This document shows, piece after piece, positions 48,511 to 58,435 of a stretch of 64,000 bases of DNA. Both the position numbers and the translations under genes were made by a program. Origin of the DNA: an uncultured Gemmatimonadales bacterium (GTDB taxonomy: Bacteria > Gemmatimonadota > Gemmatimonadetes > Longimicrobiales > Longimicrobiaceae); assembly GCA_963716255.1 (NCBI GenBank), contig OY970303.1, positions 1 through 64,000 of the forward strand, written 5' to 3'. The notes under the pieces were generated by a model that saw only the letters and a list, made by a program, of their open reading frames with translations, was not told where the DNA came from and did not search any database. Numbering within the stretch: the stretch's first letter is position 1; every line of letters starts with the position of its first letter.

Positions 48511-50775
48511 TCAGGCGCGGGTGGGGGCGGGCTCCGCCGCCGGCGCGGCCGCGTCCTCGGCGGCCGGGGGGGCGGCGGGGTAGTCGATGCGGTGGTGGTA
48601 CATCCCCGCCAGCACGCGGGCGAGCTGCTCCTTGACCACCTGCACGTCGCGCAGCGTCAGCGGCGAGTCGTCCAGCTGCCCGCTTGCGATCTTGGAGGTC
48701 ACGATGCGCTCCACCATCTCGCGCAGGCGCTCCGGCGAGGGATCGGGGAGCACGTGGGCGGCGGACTCCACGGAGTCGGCCAGCATCAGCACCGCGGTCT
48801 CGCGGGTGCGCGGCCGGGGGCCCAGGTAGGTGAAGTCCTGGGGGTTCACCGGGCCGTCCGGGTCGGCCTGCCGCGCCCGGTCGTAGAAGAAGGAGATCTT
48901 CTGCGTCCCGTGGTGCTCGCGGATGAACGCCCTGACCGCGGGGGGGAGCCTCGCCTCGTCCGCCAGCCGCAGCCCTTCCACGACGTGGCTCCGCACGATG
49001 GCCGCGCTCATGGCGGGCTTGAGCTTGTCGTGCGGGTTGCGGTCCCGGGGCTGGTTCTCGATGAAGTACTGCGGCTTCGCGACCTTGCCGACGTCGTGGT
49101 AGTACGCCCCCACCCGCCCCAGCAGGGCGTTGGCCCCGATGGCGTGGCACGCGGCCTCCACCAGGTTGGCGACGTTGATGGTGTGGTGGAAGGTGCCGTT
49201 GGCGTCGCGCTGGAGCCGCCGCAGCAGCGGCCGGTTGGTGTCCGACAGTTCCAGCAGCATGGCGTCGGTGGTGACGCGCGCGAACGACTCCAGCAGCGGC
49301 AGGAAGCCGATGGCGACCACCGACGAGAGCACCGCGCTGGCCACCCCCCAGGCCACGTCGTGCAGGATCTCGGGCGCGGGGCGGGAGCGCAGCAGACCCA
49401 GCGACACGGCGCAGAGCGCGTACGCCAGGGCGATGATGACCACGAACAGCCAGGTCTGCGAGCGGCGCTGCGCCGCGCGCACGCTGAACGCCGCCGCCGC
49501 GCCGGTTACCGCCGCCGTGAAGGGGACGCTGACCCCCAGGAAGGGGGTCTGTCCGCCCAGCAGGAGCGCCAGGATCAGCGCCACGGAAAGCCCCAGGCGC
49601 CCGCCCCAGAGCGTGGCGACCACCAGCACCGCGAAGGTGACCGGGATCAGCTCCTGGGGAAGCGCCGCCCAGCTCGCCAGCGCCGCGGTCCCCGCCACCG
49701 TGGTCACCAGCACGCCCAGCAGGAAGAGCGAGCGCAGGTCGTCGTACAGCGGCCGGCGCGAGAAGCGGAGCAGCAGCCCCAGGATGCCCAGCACCGAGGC
49801 GTTGAAGAGGATCGCGCCCAGCGCCCGCGGCACCGTGTCCTCGCCGCGCTCGTCCAGCCCCCGCTCGGCGAGGGCGTCGTGGTACGCGCGCAGGCGGGCC
49901 TCCTCGCGCTCGCCCACCTGCTCGCGGGCGCCCACGATCTTCTCGCCGCGGAGCACGTTGGCCGCCACCGGCTCCACGGCCGCGCGGGCCCGGGCGCGGG
50001 CGGCCTCGGTCTCGCGCTCGTTGAAGGTGAGGCTGGGCTGGAAGTAGCGGATGAGGAGGAGGCGCTGCAGCTCCGCGGCGTCGGCGCCGAGCCCGGCGGG
50101 GAGCCGTGACGACGCGAGGCGACGGAACTGGTCGGGGGTGACGATGGAGTCCACCGGGACGATGCGCTCCCCGCCCACCGCGCCGCGCACCCGCACGGCG
50201 GAGATCCCCTCGCGCTCCAGCGCGGTGGACGCCACCCCGAGCGGGAGGAGCGCCCGCACGGCGGCCGCGGTGGCGTCCCGCAGGCGGGCGCGCCGCTCCG
50301 GGTCCAGCAGCAGTTCCACCGAGCCCGGCGTGGCCCCCACCCGGCTGCCGCGCAGCGCCCCCTGCGCCGCCGCGGCGGGATCGGCGCCGGGAGCGGGAAT
50401 CGCCACCGCGGCGAAGAACGCGCCGATCCCCGCCAGCACACTGTCCGCGGCGGCGGGGCGGTAGTCGTACACGGGGGGGACGCTGCGGGCCGCCTCCTCC
50501 TGCTCGCGGCGCAGGTCGGCGGGGTCCTTGGGAACCTGGAAGGCGAACTCGGCGACCACGTCCGCGGGCGCGACCATCCCCCGCTCCAGCGCCGCCGACT
50601 CGGAGACCCGCGCCGGGGGGAAGAACAGGTAGACCGCCGCCGCCACCGAGAAGAGCAGGAGGACGCGGAGGCCGTCGTGCACGAAGCGGAGGGCGCGCCG
50701 CGGCTCCGGCGCCGGGCGGGGCGCGGGCGCGGCCCGGCGGCCCGCCCCGGCCGCCCGCGCCCGCTCCGGGCTCAT
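48511..50775 (-). CDS. 7TM-HD(IG) phosphohydrolase, PgpH/YqfF-like
   Basis: Extracellular domain, multiple TM helices, GTFHHT, YYHDVGK, YFIENQ, EHHGT, MLADSVE. Confidence 0.9.
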   Translation of the reverse strand: MSPERARAAGAGRRAAPAPRPAPEPRRALRFVHDGLRVLLLFSVAAAVYLFFPPARVSESAALERGMVAPADVVAEFAFQVPKDPADLRREQEEAARSVPPVYDYRPAAADSVLAGIGAFFAAVAIPAPGADPAAAAQGALRGSRVGATPGSVELLLDPERRARLRDATAAAVRALLPLGVASTALEREGISAVRVRGAVGGERIVPVDSIVTPDQFRRLASSRLPAGLGADAAELQRLLLIRYFQPSLTFNERETEAARARARAAVEPVAANVLRGEKIVGAREQVGEREEARLRAYHDALAERGLDERGEDTVPRALGAILFNASVLGILGLLLRFSRRPLYDDLRSLFLLGVLVTTVAGTAALASWAALPQELIPVTFAVLVVATLWGGRLGLSVALILALLLGGQTPFLGVSVPFTAAVTGAAAAFSVRAAQRRSQTWLFVVIIALAYALCAVSLGLLRSRPAPEILHDVAWGVASAVLSSVVAIGFLPLLESFARVTTDAMLLELSDTNRPLLRRLQRDANGTFHHTINVANLVEAACHAIGANALLGRVGAYYHDVGKVAKPQYFIENQPRDRNPHDKLKPAMSAAIVRSHVVEGLRLADEARLPPAVRAFIREHHGTQKISFFYDRARQADPDGPVNPQDFTYLGPRPRTRETAVLMLADSVESAAHVLPDPSPERLREMVERIVTSKIASGQLDDSPLTLRDVQVVKEQLARVLAGMYHHRIDYPAAPPAAEDAAAPAAEPAPTRA

Positions 50776-51770
50776 CCTGCGCCCTGCTCCGCGTCCGCGT
50801 CCTGCCCCGCGTCGGCGGCGTAGGCACGGATGATCTCGCGCACTAGGCGGTGCCGGATCACGTCGGTGGGCTTCATGTAGACGAAGGAGATCCCCTCGAT
50901 CCCCTTGAGGATCCGCTCGATCTGCAGCAGCCCGGAATCGTCGCGCCGCGGCAGGTCCACCTGCGTGGGGTCGCCCGTGATCACCGCCTTGGAGTTCAGC
51001 CCCAGGCGGGTGAGGAACATCTTCATCTGCAGGCCGGTGGCGTTCTGCGCCTCGTCCAGGATCACGAAGGCGTCCTGGAGGGTGCGGCCGCGCATGTACG
51101 CCAGCGGGGCGATCTCGATGGTCCGCGACTCCATGGCCCGCTTCAGCCGGTCGGCGGGCATCATGTCCTCCAGCGCGTCGTACAGCGGCCGGAGGTACGG
51201 GTCCACCTTGTCCTGCAGGTCGCCGGGGAGGAAGCCCAGGTTCTCGCCGGCCTCCACCGCGGGGCGCGCCAGGATGATGCGCTTGACGCGCTTCTTGGCG
51301 AGCGCGTCCACCGCCATCGCCATGGCCAGGTAGGTCTTCCCGGTGCCGGCGGGGCCCACGCCCACCACGATGTCGTTGTCGGCGATCGCCTCCAGGTAGT
51401 CGCGCTGCCCGGCGGACTTGGGGCTGATGGTCTTGCGCGCCCCGGGGATGACGATGCGGCCGCCCTCGCCCAGGCGCGCCGCGCCCCCGGCCGCGTGGGT
51501 GGCCTCGTCCCAGAAGCGCTCCACGTCGTCCTGCCCGAAGGGCTGGCCGCCGCGGGCGAGCTCGATCATGTGCTGCGCCACCGGGACGGCGCGCTCCACC
51601 TCGTCCACCCCGCCGGACAGGAGGAGGTGGTCGCCCCGCAGCACCACGCGGACGCCGGCGAGGCGCCCCAGCTCGGTGAGGTGGGCGTCGTTGATTCCCC
51701 CGACGGTGAGGGGGTCGGCTCCCTCGGTGGAGAGCCGGTGCTGGACCGTCTGGACTTCCGTGTTCGCCAT
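50772..51770 (-). CDS. phoH: PhoH-family ATPase
   Basis: [38 protein letters not shown]. Confidence 0.95.
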   Translation of the reverse strand: MANTEVQTVQHRLSTEGADPLTVGGINDAHLTELGRLAGVRVVLRGDHLLLSGGVDEVERAVPVAQHMIELARGGQPFGQDDVERFWDEATHAAGGAARLGEGGRIVIPGARKTISPKSAGQRDYLEAIADNDIVVGVGPAGTGKTYLAMAMAVDALAKKRVKRIILARPAVEAGENLGFLPGDLQDKVDPYLRPLYDALEDMMPADRLKRAMESRTIEIAPLAYMRGRTLQDAFVILDEAQNATGLQMKMFLTRLGLNSKAVITGDPTQVDLPRRDDSGLLQIERILKGIEGISFVYMKPTDVIRHRLVREIIRAYAADAGQDADAEQGAG

Positions 51771-51803
51771 GATGAGACCGGTGCGACGCCGGCGAGGCGA
51801 CCG

Positions 51804-53696
51804 TCAGGCGGTCTCCCCTCCCAGCGTACGGATGTGCAGTTCCCTGAGCTCCCCGTCGGCCACCGCCACCGGGGCGCCCTCGAACAGGGCCCGGGTGGAT
51901 GCGGTCTTGGGGAACGCGATGACGTCGCGCAGGCTGCCCGCCCGCGCCAGGAGCATGACCATGCGGTCGAAGCCGAAGGCGAACCCCGCGTGGGGCGGGG
52001 CCCCGTAGCGGAACGCCTCCAGCAGGAAGCCGAACTTGGTGCGCGCCTCCTCGTCCCCGATCCCCACCGCCCGGAAGATGCGGCGCTGGAGCTCGGGGTC
52101 GTGGATGCGGACCGATCCGCTGGCCAGCTCGTTCCCGTTGTACACCGCATCGTACGCCCGGGATCGTACCGGGAGCGTGAACAGGCGCCGCGCGGCCTCC
52201 GCGGCGAGCGGCCCCTCCCCCGCCGTCGCCTCCATGAGCGCGGGGATGTCGTCGGGGTGCGGCATGGTGAAGGGGTGGTGCGCGGCGACCAGGCGCCCCG
52301 CGTCCTCGTCCCAGTCGAACGCCGGGAACTCCGTCACCCAGAGCCACGCGTGCCGGTCCGCGTCCACCAGCTCCATCCTGCGGGCCAGGTGGCGGCGCAG
52401 CTCGTCCAGCGCCGGCTCCAGCCCGGCCGCCGCCGGGGCGGCGGCGCCCTCGCCGCCCGCGCGGACCACCCGGAAGTCTCCCACCACGGCGACGAACAGG
52501 TCGCCCGCCTCCATTCCCGTCGCCGCGTAGAACGCCTGCGCCTCGCCCTCGCCGAGCGCCTTTGCGAACTGCCCGGCCAGCCCCTCCTCCGTGCGCTTCA
52601 CCCACAGGGCGCCCGCGGCCCCACCGCGCTTCGCCACCTCCTGCAGCTCGTCCGTCTCCCTGCGGGAAAGGCGCGCGCCGCCGGGAACGCGGATGCCGCG
52701 GATGCGCTGCGCCGTCCCCCGCGTGGCCTCGAACAGGCGGAACCCGGTGCCCTGAAGCACCTCCGTCACGTCCACGACGGCCAGGTCGAAGCGCAGGTCC
52801 GGCTTGTCGGTGCCGTAGAGCTCCATCGCCTCGGCGTAGCTCAGGCGCGGAAAGGGCGTCGCCAGCTCCACCCCCAGCACCTCGCGCCACACCGCCGCCA
52901 TCATCCCCTCGCCCACGCGGAACACGTCCTCCTCGTCCACGAAGGACATCTCGGCGTCGATCTGCGTGAACTCCAGCTGCCGGTCGGCGCGCAGGTCCTC
53001 GTCGCGCAGGCAGCGGGCGATCTGGAAGTAGCGGTCGAAGCCGCTCACCATCAGCAGCTGCTTGTACAGCTGCGGCGACTGCGGCAGCGCGAAGAACTCG
53101 CCCGGGTACGCGCGCGACGGAACGAGGAAGTCCCGCGCGCCCTCCGGGGTGGGCTTGGTGAGGAGCGGCGTCTCCACCTCCAGGAAGCCCTGCCCCGACA
53201 GGAAGCTGCGAACCGTCTGCGCGGCCCGGCTGCGGAGCATCAGGTTGTGCTGCAGCGCGGGGCGGCGCAGGTCCAGGTAGCGGTGCCTCAGCCGCTGCTC
53301 CTCGGCGGGGAGCTCCTCGTCGGCGGCGTAGTCCACCTGGATGGGGAGCGGCTCGGCCACGGTGACCACGCGCAGCACGGCCCCCCGCACCTCCACCTGG
53401 CCGCTGGGGAGCTGCGGGTTCTCGCGGATGCGACGCTCCACCGTGCCCTCCACCTGCACCACCGACTCGGGCTTGAGGTCGCGCGCGGCGGCCAGCACGT
53501 CGGCGGGGGTCCAGGAGGGGTCGAACGACACCTGCACGATCCCCGCGCGGTCGCGCAGGTCCAGGAACGCCACGCCCCCCAGGTCGCGGATGCGGTGCAC
53601 CCACCCCGCGAGGCGGACGGGGGTCCCGGCGTGTTCGGCGCGCAGCTCCCCGGCGGGGAGGTCGCGGAAGGCGGTGCGGAGCGGGCTCTCGGTCAT
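51804..53696 (-). CDS. aspS: Aspartate-tRNA ligase
   Basis: RDLGG..FLDLRD, TPEGARDFLVPSR, LPQSPQLYKQLLM, GAPPHAGFAFGFDR. Confidence 0.97.
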   Translation of the reverse strand: MTESPLRTAFRDLPAGELRAEHAGTPVRLAGWVHRIRDLGGVAFLDLRDRAGIVQVSFDPSWTPADVLAAARDLKPESVVQVEGTVERRIRENPQLPSGQVEVRGAVLRVVTVAEPLPIQVDYAADEELPAEEQRLRHRYLDLRRPALQHNLMLRSRAAQTVRSFLSGQGFLEVETPLLTKPTPEGARDFLVPSRAYPGEFFALPQSPQLYKQLLMVSGFDRYFQIARCLRDEDLRADRQLEFTQIDAEMSFVDEEDVFRVGEGMMAAVWREVLGVELATPFPRLSYAEAMELYGTDKPDLRFDLAVVDVTEVLQGTGFRLFEATRGTAQRIRGIRVPGGARLSRRETDELQEVAKRGGAAGALWVKRTEEGLAGQFAKALGEGEAQAFYAATGMEAGDLFVAVVGDFRVVRAGGEGAAAPAAAGLEPALDELRRHLARRMELVDADRHAWLWVTEFPAFDWDEDAGRLVAAHHPFTMPHPDDIPALMEATAGEGPLAAEAARRLFTLPVRSRAYDAVYNGNELASGSVRIHDPELQRRIFRAVGIGDEEARTKFGFLLEAFRYGAPPHAGFAFGFDRMVMLLARAGSLRDVIAFPKTASTRALFEGAPVAVADGELRELHIRTLGGETA

Positions 53697-54073
53697 CGGT
53701 CCGTGCCGGCCATGGCGGGGGTGCGTCCCCGGAGCCAGGCCCGAAGGCGTGCATAAACAAAGGTGCCGGCCAGGACGCCGAGCGCGTCGGCGGCCCAGTC
53801 GGCGGGATCGGCGGAGCGTCCGGGGACGAACGCCTGGTGAAGCTCGTCGGAAAAGGCGTACGCCCACCCCGCCGCCACGGTTCCGCGCCGCCCCGGCCCC
53901 GTCGCGGCGGCGCCGTGCGCCACCAGGAAGCCCAGGAGCGCGTACGCGCAGAAGTGGAGCACCTTGTCCGCGCTCCAGAAGGAGGGAATGCCGACGGAGT
54001 GCCGGGAGCTCACCGCGAAGATCGCGGCGGCCCAGGCGGCCGCCGGGGCCCACGCCAGCGCCCCGCGGCTCAC
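53693..54073 (-). CDS. VanZ-family membrane protein
   Basis: DKVLHFCAYALLG, SDELHQAFVPGR..DW.AD. Confidence 0.85.
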   Translation of the reverse strand: MSRGALAWAPAAAWAAAIFAVSSRHSVGIPSFWSADKVLHFCAYALLGFLVAHGAAATGPGRRGTVAAGWAYAFSDELHQAFVPGRSADPADWAADALGVLAGTFVYARLRAWLRGRTPAMAGTDR

Positions 54074-54528
54074 GACTGCTCCGCTTCGGTCAGCACCTGG
54101 TGGAACTCCTCGGGCGAGGCCACCTCGGCCAGGCGGCGGCGGAAGGCGTCGCTGCGCACCAGGCGCGAGATGCGGGAAAGCGCCTTGACGTGGTCGCCCG
54201 CGGCGCTCTCCGGCCCCACCAGCAGGAAGAACAGGCTCACCGGCCGCCCGTCCAGCGCCTCGAAGTCCACCGGCTCGCGCGTGACCCCGGCCGCCATGGC
54301 CAGCGACGTCACCTGGGCGGACTTGCCGTGCGGGATGGCGACGCCGTTGCCGATCCCCGTGCTGAGCACCGCCTCGCGCTCGCGCACTGCGCGCAGCACC
54401 TCGGACGCGTCCCCCACCTCGCCGGCGGCGTGGAGCACCTCCACCAGCTCGCGGAGGAGGTCGTCCTTGGTGGCCCCCGCCAGCGGGATGCGGACCCGCC
54501 CGGGCGGGAGAAGCTCGGAAAGCAGCAC
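54070..54528 (-). CDS. PTS IIA (Ntr/Fru-type) domain protein
   Basis: EREAVLSTGIGNGVAIPHGK, VDFEALDGRPV. Confidence 0.9.
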   Translation of the reverse strand: MLLSELLPPGRVRIPLAGATKDDLLRELVEVLHAAGEVGDASEVLRAVREREAVLSTGIGNGVAIPHGKSAQVTSLAMAAGVTREPVDFEALDGRPVSLFFLLVGPESAAGDHVKALSRISRLVRSDAFRRRLAEVASPEEFHQVLTEAEQS

Positions 54529-54752
54529 GGAAAGCCTCGGTCTCCCCAGGTCCGGAAACGGACAGCGCGGGAGGACGATCCCCCCGCGGGCGCAAGGGTT
54601 GCAAAGGTAACGCCACGCCTGGCGCGCATCAAGCGAGCGCGCGGCGTTTTCCGGGGGAACCCGGGCCCCGCTGCGGGGCATAAAGGCGGACGTATCAGGG
54701 CCGGGCGGACGGGGACGCTTCCCTCCCGCCGCATTCGCAGAACAGGTGCACG

Positions 54753-55895
54753 ATGAGCGCTTCCGAGACCAAGACCGACCTGGTGGGCCTCCTCCCCGAG
54801 GAAGCCGAGGCCGCCCTCGCCCTGCACTTCGCCCGCCGCGGGCAGCCGCGCTACCGGGCAAAGCAGGTGGTGGGCTGGCTGTACGAGCGGCTCGCCTTCG
54901 GCTTCGAGGAGATGAGCGACCTGCCGAAAGCGGAGCGCGACGCGCTGGCGGAGGCCTTCGACTTCACCGCCCCGGAGGTCGCCAAGCTTTCCCGCTCCAC
55001 GGACGGGACCGCGAAGCAGCTGTGGCGGCTGCGGGACGGCGAGCTGATCGAGTCCGTGCTGATCCCCACCTCCACCCGGCTGACGCTGTGCATCTCCTCG
55101 CAGGCGGGGTGCGCCATGGCGTGCTCCTTCTGCGCCACGGGGTGGTCCGGCTACCGGCGGCAGCTCAGCGCGGCGGAGGTGGTGGCGCAGTTCCGCGGCG
55201 CGCGCGCCTGGGCCCGCGACAACGGCTACGACGAGATCACCAACGTCGTCTACATGGGGATGGGCGAGCCGCTGATGAACCGCAGGGCGGTCTTCCCCTC
55301 GCTCGCCATCCTCAACCGCGGCTACGGGCTGGGGGCGCGGCGCATCACCGTGTCCACCGTGGGCGTGGTCCCGGGGATCCTGGAGATGGCGGACATGCCC
55401 GAGCAGTACCGGCTTGCCGTGTCGCTGCACGCCCCCAGCCACGAGCTGCGCCAGAAGCTGATCCCGCTGGAAAAGAAGCACCCGCTCCCCGAGCTGCTGG
55501 ACTCGCTGCGCCGCTTCGACGAGGCCGGGGGAAAGCGGATCACCTTCGAGTACGTGATGATCGACGGGGTCACGGATGCGCCGGAGATGGCCGACGAGCT
55601 GGCGGGGCTGGTGAGCGAGTTCAACGCCTTCGTCAACCTGATCCCCTTCAACCCCATCCCCGGGACCGACTGGAAGCCCAGCTCCCGCGGCCGGCTCAAC
55701 CTGTTCGTGGAGCGGCTGGGGAACCGCGGGATCTCGGCGGCGGTGCGGGAGTCGCGCGGGCGGGACATCGCGGCGGCGTGCGGGCAGCTGCGCGCCGAGG
55801 CCACGGAGGGGCGGAAGCCGGTGCAGATCACGCCGGGATCGACGCTCAAGGCGCGGCCCGGGCGGGAGGCGGCGGCGTCGGTTGAAGCGGACTGA
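54753..55895 (+). CDS. rlmN: 23S rRNA A2503 C2-methyltransferase RlmN
   Basis: CISSQAGCAMACSFCATG, MGMGEP, SLHAP, NLIPFN, DIAAACGQL. Confidence 0.95.
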   Translation: MSASETKTDLVGLLPEEAEAALALHFARRGQPRYRAKQVVGWLYERLAFGFEEMSDLPKAERDALAEAFDFTAPEVAKLSRSTDGTAKQLWRLRDGELIESVLIPTSTRLTLCISSQAGCAMACSFCATGWSGYRRQLSAAEVVAQFRGARAWARDNGYDEITNVVYMGMGEPLMNRRAVFPSLAILNRGYGLGARRITVSTVGVVPGILEMADMPEQYRLAVSLHAPSHELRQKLIPLEKKHPLPELLDSLRRFDEAGGKRITFEYVMIDGVTDAPEMADELAGLVSEFNAFVNLIPFNPIPGTDWKPSSRGRLNLFVERLGNRGISAAVRESRGRDIAAACGQLRAEATEGRKPVQITPGSTLKARPGREAAASVEAD

Positions 55896-55904
55896 ACGGA
55901 AGGG

Positions 55905-56036
55905 TTCGGGCGTGCCCCCGGCTGGCGCCGGGGTCGGGCTTCGGCTCCGTAACGCAAGAAACAACCGTGCGTAACGGAGTCGAGCCCGCGCAAACAGCCG
56001 CGCGGTCTCGCCCCTTCGGGCCGAAATCCCTCACGC
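55905..56036. repeat. Structured ~130 bp intergenic repeat, copy 2
   Basis: Homologous to 46438-46569. Confidence 0.85.
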
Positions 56037-56061
56037 GGGTTCTCGGCGTGGGCCGAAAGAC

Positions 56062-56101
56062 CAGAGGCGGCCTCCCGGGTGGGGGGCCGCCTCTCTCGCT
56101 T
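56062..56101. terminator. Hairpin between convergent genes
   Basis: agaggcggcctcc-cgggt-ggggggccgcctct. Confidence 0.55.
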
Positions 56102-56123
56102 CTCGCTCCCGGCCGAGCGGTCG

Positions 56124-56603
56124 TCAGGGCGCCGTCGTCGTGTCCGGCGCGCTCTCCGCCGTTTCCGGCGCGCCCTTCCAGTCCCTGCCCACCACCACCG
56201 TCACCTCCAGCAGCAGCGTGGAGTCCGGCCGGCTCCGCACGCGGTCCACATCCAGCGCGTCGGCGACCTCGCGGGCGGTCTCCTCCCGGCCCACGCGGTC
56301 GATCACCAGCGTCGTCTCCGGCGAGAAGCCGCGCGCGTTGCCGAAGTACACCACGTCGAAGCCGCGCTCGCGGAGCGTTCGCGTCGCCACCCGCGCCAGC
56401 CCGGGGATCCCGGCCGCGTTCAGCACCTCCACCCGCACCCGCTCGCCGGGAGGCGCCTTCGCCGCGGGGAGGTCCGGGACCTCCTCCGGCGCGGAGGGGG
56501 CATCGCCGCCGCTTCCGGAGCCCAGGCCCAGCGCCATGGAGGCCACCAGCCCCGCCACCAGCAGCAGGGTCGCGGCGAGCGCCGCCGTCTGCACGCGCTT
56601 CAT
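56124..56603 (-). CDS. LytR C-terminal domain protein
   Basis: N-terminal TM, VEVLNAAGIPGLA, GFDVV..GNA, VTVVVGRDW. Confidence 0.85.
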   Translation of the reverse strand: MKRVQTAALAATLLLVAGLVASMALGLGSGSGGDAPSAPEEVPDLPAAKAPPGERVRVEVLNAAGIPGLARVATRTLRERGFDVVYFGNARGFSPETTLVIDRVGREETAREVADALDVDRVRSRPDSTLLLEVTVVVGRDWKGAPETAESAPDTTTAP

Positions 56604-57206
56604 CTACCGTCCCCCCACCGCGGCGCTCCAGAAGGCCGCCGTCTCCGGGCTCACGGGCCTGCGGCGGTCCACCAGGTTGCGGATGCGCGCGCCCAGCACC
56701 TCCACCAGCACCTCGTCCATCTCCGCGGGCATGCGGGCGGCCAGCGACGCCCGCCACTCCTGCTCGAAGTCGCGCCCCGGCTCCAGGAAGTCCGCGAGGT
56801 ACAGCGCCTTCCCCAGGCGCCCGAAGCCCGCCCACCCCAGCGTGTGGTAGCGCAGCGCGTCGCACAGCTCCGGGTCCGCCACGCCCGCCAGGCGCTCCGC
56901 CACGGCGGGCCCGTGCAGGATCGCGCCCGGGAGCGAGCGGAAGCGCTCCGGCACCGCGGCGCGCAGCCGCTCCGGGTCCGCCTCGCGCAGCGCGTCGTGC
57001 AGCCACCCGGCCGCCACCCAGCGGTCGCGCTCGGCGGGGTCCCGCCCCGCCGCCTCCGCCCACTCCGCGAGCAGGGCGCTCACGCGGGCGATGTGCGCGC
57101 GCCGGCGCGCGCCGGCCTCGGCCCACGCCGGGAGCTCGCCGGCCGCGGCGGCGCGCACCACCTCCGGGAGGTCGCGGGCCGGGTCAGTCGTAGCCGCGTC
57201 GGACAT
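56604..57206 (-). CDS. HD-domain protein, YqeK-like
   Basis: AHIARV, LHD, LHGP, YHTLG, LYLADFLEPGR. Confidence 0.85.
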   Translation of the reverse strand: MSDAATTDPARDLPEVVRAAAAGELPAWAEAGARRRAHIARVSALLAEWAEAAGRDPAERDRWVAAGWLHDALREADPERLRAAVPERFRSLPGAILHGPAVAERLAGVADPELCDALRYHTLGWAGFGRLGKALYLADFLEPGRDFEQEWRASLAARMPAEMDEVLVEVLGARIRNLVDRRRPVSPETAAFWSAAVGGR

Positions 57207-58029
57207 ACGGCTCCAGGATGGCGCGGTTGCGAATGGACGTGTGGGAAAGGTAGTTCCACCCCTTGAGCTCCACCCCGCTCCCCACCCAGCTGTCGACGAT
57301 GCGGCACCCCGGCCCCACCACCGTCTCCTCGCCGATGGTGGTCTGTCCCTCCAGCACCACCCCCGGGTAGACCACCGCGTCGCGTCCGATGCGGACGTCC
57401 AGGTCCACCCACGAGGTGTGCGGCAGGAGGAAGCTGACGCCCGCGTCCATCAGCGCCCCCACCAGGCGGTCGCGCAGCAGCTCGGACGCGCGGGCGAGAG
57501 AGCGCCGGTCGCGGACCACCAGCGCGCTCTCCCCGCCCGCCAGGCGGGGTGCGTCCCCCGCTTCGGCGGCCAGCGCGGCGAAGCCCCGCCAGCGGCCCAG
57601 GCGCCGGCGCGCGGCGTCCAGGTCCATGCAGGCGGCGGCCACGCCCGCGCCGTCGGCCAGGAACAAGTCGCAGGGAGAGTCCAGGAGCGCCTGGAGCCCG
57701 GAGGTCAGCAGCGGGGCCCGCGCGTCCACCAGCAGGAAGCGCTCGTCCGGGTCACCCGCCTCCTCCACCGCGCTCCAGGAGTCCTCCCCGGAGCGCTCGA
57801 ACACGCGGATCCCGTCCCAGGCGTCCCGGAAAGGATCCGGGCCGACCTCGCGGTCGGCCAGCAGCAGGATGCGAGACGGCGCCGGCCGGAGCGCGGCCAG
57901 CGCGGAAACGGCGTGCCAGGCCAGCGGGCGCCCGGCGAGCGGGTGCAGGAAAGTGGGAAGCCGTGACGCCATCCGATCGTCGTCCGGCTCCGAGCGCGCC
58001 AGGACGATGCCGGTCCAGGCCGCGGCCAC
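57184..58029 (-). CDS. Short, degenerate GlmU-like protein
   Basis: IVLARS..RMASRLPTFLHPLAGRPL N-terminus, then LMDAGV and hexapeptide repeats ending ILEPYVRRG. Confidence 0.7.
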   Translation of the reverse strand: MAAAWTGIVLARSEPDDDRMASRLPTFLHPLAGRPLAWHAVSALAALRPAPSRILLLADREVGPDPFRDAWDGIRVFERSGEDSWSAVEEAGDPDERFLLVDARAPLLTSGLQALLDSPCDLFLADGAGVAAACMDLDAARRRLGRWRGFAALAAEAGDAPRLAGGESALVVRDRRSLARASELLRDRLVGALMDAGVSFLLPHTSWVDLDVRIGRDAVVYPGVVLEGQTTIGEETVVGPGCRIVDSWVGSGVELKGWNYLSHTSIRNRAILEPYVRRGYD

Positions 58030-58034
58030 GGGAC

Positions 58035-58409
58035 TCAGGGCGCGTGGGCCCGGAGGGAGTTGCCCACGATCCGGTTCTCGTCGTCCACGAAGACGAAGGC
58101 GGGCCGGTAGTTCGTCAGCTCGGCCTCCTCGTACTGCCCGTAGGACATGATGATCACCCGGTCGCCGGCGTGCACCAGGCGAGCCGCGGCGCCGTTGAGG
58201 CAGATCTCCCCCGCCCCGCGCTCCCCGGTGATCACGTACGTCTCGAAGCGCGCCCCGTTGTTGATGTCGACCACCTGGACCTTCTCGTACTCGATCAGGT
58301 CGGCGGCCTCCATGAGGTCCGGGTCGATGGTGATCGACCCGACGTAGTTCAGATCCGCCCCGGTGACCGTGGCGCGGTGGATCTTGGACTTGCACATGGT
58401 CCGCTGCAT
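58035..58409 (-). CDS. panD: Aspartate 1-decarboxylase
   Basis: [37 protein letters not shown]. Confidence 0.97.
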   Translation of the reverse strand: MQRTMCKSKIHRATVTGADLNYVGSITIDPDLMEAADLIEYEKVQVVDINNGARFETYVITGERGAGEICLNGAAARLVHAGDRVIIMSYGQYEEAELTNYRPAFVFVDDENRIVGNSLRAHAP

Positions 58410-58435
58410 GGGACTCCTTCCGGAGGGGGGCGTGT

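Noticed and set aside
48050..53760. 1749-aa and 925-aa ORFs as giant fusions
   Set aside because: Stop-free alternative frames upstream of the real 7TM-HD and ybeY starts.
54753..55895. Cfr resistance methyltransferase
   Set aside because: MGMGEP motif and housekeeping context fit RlmN; phylogeny would be decisive.
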